A stretch of 64,000 bases of DNA. It comes from Longimicrobiales bacterium (GTDB taxonomy: Bacteria; Gemmatimonadota; Gemmatimonadetes; Longimicrobiales; Gaopeijiaceae). The position numbers were made by a program, and so were the translations under genes. The stretch lies in contig OZ241892.1 in the NCBI GenBank assembly GCA_965203485.1, positions 3,008,001 to 3,072,000 on the forward strand, in the 5' to 3' direction. Shown piece after piece: positions 60,877 through 64,000 of the stretch (positions are counted from its first letter, which is position 1; each line of letters starts with the position of its first letter). Below the pieces are notes generated by a model, which searched no databases, was not told the origin of the DNA, and saw only the letters and a list, made by a program, of their open reading frames with translations.

Positions 60877-62313
60877 CTAGATCGGCCCGTCCTCCCACGG
60901 TCCCCACAGCGCATACGTCGCGCTCGGCGTCGTCTCGGCCGCAGTTCGGCCTCCCTGGACGTTGAAGAACAGGACCCGCCCGTCCGGACTGAAGCAGGCG
61001 CCCGCGAACTCGCCCGGCTGAGGCCCCTCCGGCGCCTTCGGCGACCTGACCAAGTCGAAGATGCGGCCTTCTCGGTCCAGCCCGCGCACGAACTGGTCGT
61101 CCGTCCCGTCCTCGCACATCACTAGGCCGCCCCTGGGGCTCACGACGATGTTGTCCGGGCTGTCGAGCACGTCCTTGGAGGGCGACTCGAACACCAGCTC
61201 GATCTCGCCCGTCCCTTCCGTGCGCTCGCGGTAGTGGAAGACTTGGCCGGCCGTCTGGTCGCCGCCGTTGGTCGAGACGACGTAGATGCCGTCGTCGCCG
61301 TAGAAGGCCCCTTCGAGCCGGGCGAAGCGCGCACCGCCGGCGTCCACCCCCTGCCGGAACACGGCCAGTTGGTCCGCCCCCGCCGACGCGGGATCGGGGT
61401 CGGCAATGTCCACCCAGTGGACGGGCAGCACGCGGCCGGGCTCTTGGCCGCGCGCGGTGAGGTATCCGGGCTCGCCGGTCACCGCCATCATCTGCAGCCG
61501 CCCGCCGCGCGCCAGCACGCCCGGCTCCCGCGGAAGGAACCGGTAGAGGCCGGCGCCCGGCCGGTCGGGACGGTCGGGCACGTACCAGGTGTCCTCGGTC
61601 TCGTACACGACGCCGGTGCCCGGGTCCACCGCGACGGCCTCGTGGATGAAGCGCCCCATCTCGCGCAACGGGACCGGCGCCACCGGGCCGTCGGCGGCCG
61701 ACGGCACCTCGAACACGTATCCATGCGGACGATCGAAGCCGTCGGCGCGCCCCGACGTGATCTCTTCGCAGGACAGCCAGCTGCCCCACGGGGTCGGCCC
61801 TCCCGCGCAGTTGACGCGCGTGCCCGCCAGCGACGCGAATTCGTCGACCAGCGAAACGCGCAGGTCACTGCCGTCTCCTGCAATCGCCACTTCCAGCGAA
61901 GTCGTGCCGCCGCTTCCCTTTGCATCGTAAAAGGGCTCGCCGAACGGACGGGCGTCTTCGGCCTCGTCCACCATCTCGTGGTTCCGAACAAGGCGCACAT
62001 TGCCGTTCGGCAAGGGGAACGCCGCCATCCCGTCGAAAGCGTTGGGCACGTCGAAGCCCGCACGCGCCGCGGAGGGTTGCCCGCCCAAGCTTAGGCGCGC
62101 GCACCGGAAGCCCGCGGGCGTTTCGAGCTCCGGACATGCCGGGCTGGGCCGCAACCGGCCGTAGGGGCGAAACGCATTGCCTTCGGGGCCGCGACCGTCC
62201 GACGACGGGTCGTTGCATGCGGCCAAGCCCGCGAGCGAAGGCGTCAGCACCAGTCCTCCTCCGGCGGAGGCCATCTGCGCGAGGAACTTGCGACGGTCTA
62301 CTTGCGGATTCAT
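60877..62313 (-). CDS. phoX: PhoX-family (DUF839) alkaline phosphatase, Tat-exported
   Basis: DRRKFL Tat motif, DGMAAF, LVRNHE, NCAGGPTPWGSWLSCEE, GRFIHEA, PDN. Confidence 0.88.
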   Translation of the reverse strand: MNPQVDRRKFLAQMASAGGGLVLTPSLAGLAACNDPSSDGRGPEGNAFRPYGRLRPSPACPELETPAGFRCARLSLGGQPSAARAGFDVPNAFDGMAAFPLPNGNVRLVRNHEMVDEAEDARPFGEPFYDAKGSGGTTSLEVAIAGDGSDLRVSLVDEFASLAGTRVNCAGGPTPWGSWLSCEEITSGRADGFDRPHGYVFEVPSAADGPVAPVPLREMGRFIHEAVAVDPGTGVVYETEDTWYVPDRPDRPGAGLYRFLPREPGVLARGGRLQMMAVTGEPGYLTARGQEPGRVLPVHWVDIADPDPASAGADQLAVFRQGVDAGGARFARLEGAFYGDDGIYVVSTNGGDQTAGQVFHYRERTEGTGEIELVFESPSKDVLDSPDNIVVSPRGGLVMCEDGTDDQFVRGLDREGRIFDLVRSPKAPEGPQPGEFAGACFSPDGRVLFFNVQGGRTAAETTPSATYALWGPWEDGPI

Positions 62314-62506
62314 TTGGCGAGCGGGCTGGGAAGGGAGCGCAAGGAAGAGCGGGGCGTGCCGACCCCTACGACGAAAACTAGCCGGAAGTTGTCCGTTCGG
62401 CGGGTGGACGGCCAGCGCCCGGCACATGAACGCCGCCGACCTCCGGCTTGCCCCAATTCGAGACGCCTGCAGCGGCGGGCCTGCGCAACAGCCGAGTGCG
62501 AGCGGT

Positions 62507-62604
62507 CTGCCATTTTGGCAGGACCGGCGTTCCTACGGGGCTTGCGGTCTGCCATTTTGGCAGAAAAACAGTCAAAATCGGCCCTTTTCCTGCCATTTTG
62601 GCAG
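62507..62604. repeat. Three copies of the 15-bp palindrome CTGCCATTTTGGCAG
   Basis: Starts at 62507, 62549 and 62590 (period 42/41). Confidence 0.9.
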
Positions 62605-62711
62605 GACTCCCGCCACTCAGCAGTCGCCCAGCGGCGTCGTTTCGGATGGCGCGCGACCAAGCCCGCCGACGCCCCGGAACAACGCTCGTCCCGCAACGCC
62701 GGAGCCGCCGC

Positions 62712-63798
62712 ATGGACCCGTCCGCCGACCCGCCGCGCACGCCCCGGCCCACACGCGGCCGACGCCGCCACGACCAGACCTACAAGCGTCTCTTCAACGC
62801 AGAAGCCGCCCTCGCGGCGCTCGTCCGCGACTTCGCCGCCAGCGCCTGGGTCCACGAACTCGACCTCTCGACCCTCGATCCCTTCCCCACCGAGACCGTC
62901 AGTCCCGACCTCCAGCGCCGCCTCTGCGACTGCGCCTGGCGAGTTCGGCTCAACGACGGCCGGTGGGTCGTCTTCCTCTTCGAGTTCCAGTCCTCGACGA
63001 ACCCCGCCATGGTCCTCAAGACGTTGCGCTACAGCGAGGCCGCCCATGCTGCCCTGCACGAGCACGAACGCCAGCGCAACCCCGACGGCAGCATGCCGCT
63101 CGTGCTCTCGTTCGTCGTCTACGCCGGCGCGAGCCCGTGGACCGCCGAAACCACGCTGGCCGGACTGGCTGCGCAGGCGAGCGCACCCTGCGGCTCTGGC
63201 GCGCTCGCTCGCCGGCTTCGCCACCGCGCACGGTCACAAGGTCCTTGACTTGCGCTCGGCGCTGGCGCAAGACTTGTTGCCGGAGGACAGCGTGTTGCAC
63301 TGGGTCGCGGCTCTCGAGCAGGACCCATGGACCAACTTTCCCGCCGTGCACCGCAACATGGCGCGGCAGTGGGGCGGCTCGAAGCACCTTGCCGAGCGCC
63401 AAGCGTTCGCGGACTGGACGGACGAGCGGATGCGGGCGGCCGACGTGCCCGAAGAGATTCGCCACGACGTGCGGCAACAGATCATCCAACCCAGGGAGGA
63501 AGACCAGATGGGCCAGACCTACGCGGAGTGGGCCGAGGGCCACAGGCGCCGCGGCCTGGAGCAAGGGCGCAAACAAGGGCTCCAGCGAGGCATCGAACGG
63601 GGGCGGGCGGAAGGGCGGGCGATGCTGTTGCGCCAAGCCCGCAGGCGGTTCGGAGCGAGCACGGCGCGACGGCTGGAAGAGCATGTGCGCTCCATGGGCG
63701 CCGAGCAACTGGCTCGAATCGGAGACGCGGTCGTGGAGTGCGACACCGCCGACGAACTCCTGGCAGTCGCAGGCGACGGCGCCAAAAGGAATACGTAG
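62712..63798 (+). pseudogene. Rpn (transposase_31, PD-(D/E)XK) gene with frameshift at ~63185
   Basis: HDQTYKRLF, RRLCDCAW, FEFQS, VVYAGASPW in one frame; GLEQGRKQGLQRGIERG...RRF tail in another. Confidence 0.8.
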
Positions 63799-63848
63799 AG
63801 CCCTACGACGAGAGCGCCGACGACGACTTCGGACCGCTTGCCGCCCGC

Positions 63849-64000
63849 CTAGCAGCTGGACGGCGCGAGCCGCGACCCGTCCGGCAACCGCAACGTCATC
63901 CGCACCACGTACTCGATGTCCATCTCGTCCTTCACGACGCCGTAGACGGTTCCGCCTTCGCCGAAGGCCACCGGGCTCCAGTCCAGCGGCGCGCCGGGGG
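63849..64000 (-). CDS. C-terminus of a 6-bladed beta-propeller protein (partial)
   Basis: PVAFGEGGTVYGVVKDEMDIEYVVRM resembles the 44.7-kb C-terminus. Confidence 0.6.
   Translation of the reverse strand, partial: PGAPLDWSPVAFGEGGTVYGVVKDEMDIEYVVRMTLRLPDGSRLAPSSC

Overview
High-GC bacterial chromosome segment. The large FN3/Ig-repeat surface protein, 6-bladed propeller genes, AAA+PD-(D/E)XK protein and Rpn are consistent with a host-associated (possibly sponge) Gemmatimonadota-like MAG; this is inference only. Housekeeping blocks include ilvE, xth, fabV, alkA-like/ogt, mmuM, uvrA, gyrA, dsbA/VKOR and phoX. There are two complete IS elements (IS1182 with CTAG duplication; IS5 with TA duplication, interrupting a gene) and two accessory regions. 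(1) About 26.6-35.3 kb: vapBC, an intact Schlafen/AlbA_2 + ParA gene pair, eroded ATPase/TOPRIM-like genes, and a decayed DNA-phosphorothioation locus (intact dndA-like desulfurase plus a 48-codon dndC-like stub absent from the ORF track). (2) About 37.9-50.4 kb: a coupled methyltransferase-like + SPL-like radical SAM pair, an IetAS-type AAA ATPase/S8 protease system, and a mosaic tandem array of secreted-protein paralogs. The best candidates for undescribed systems are the Schlafen-ParA pair and the MTase-radical SAM pair. All family calls come from motif recognition; no searches were run.
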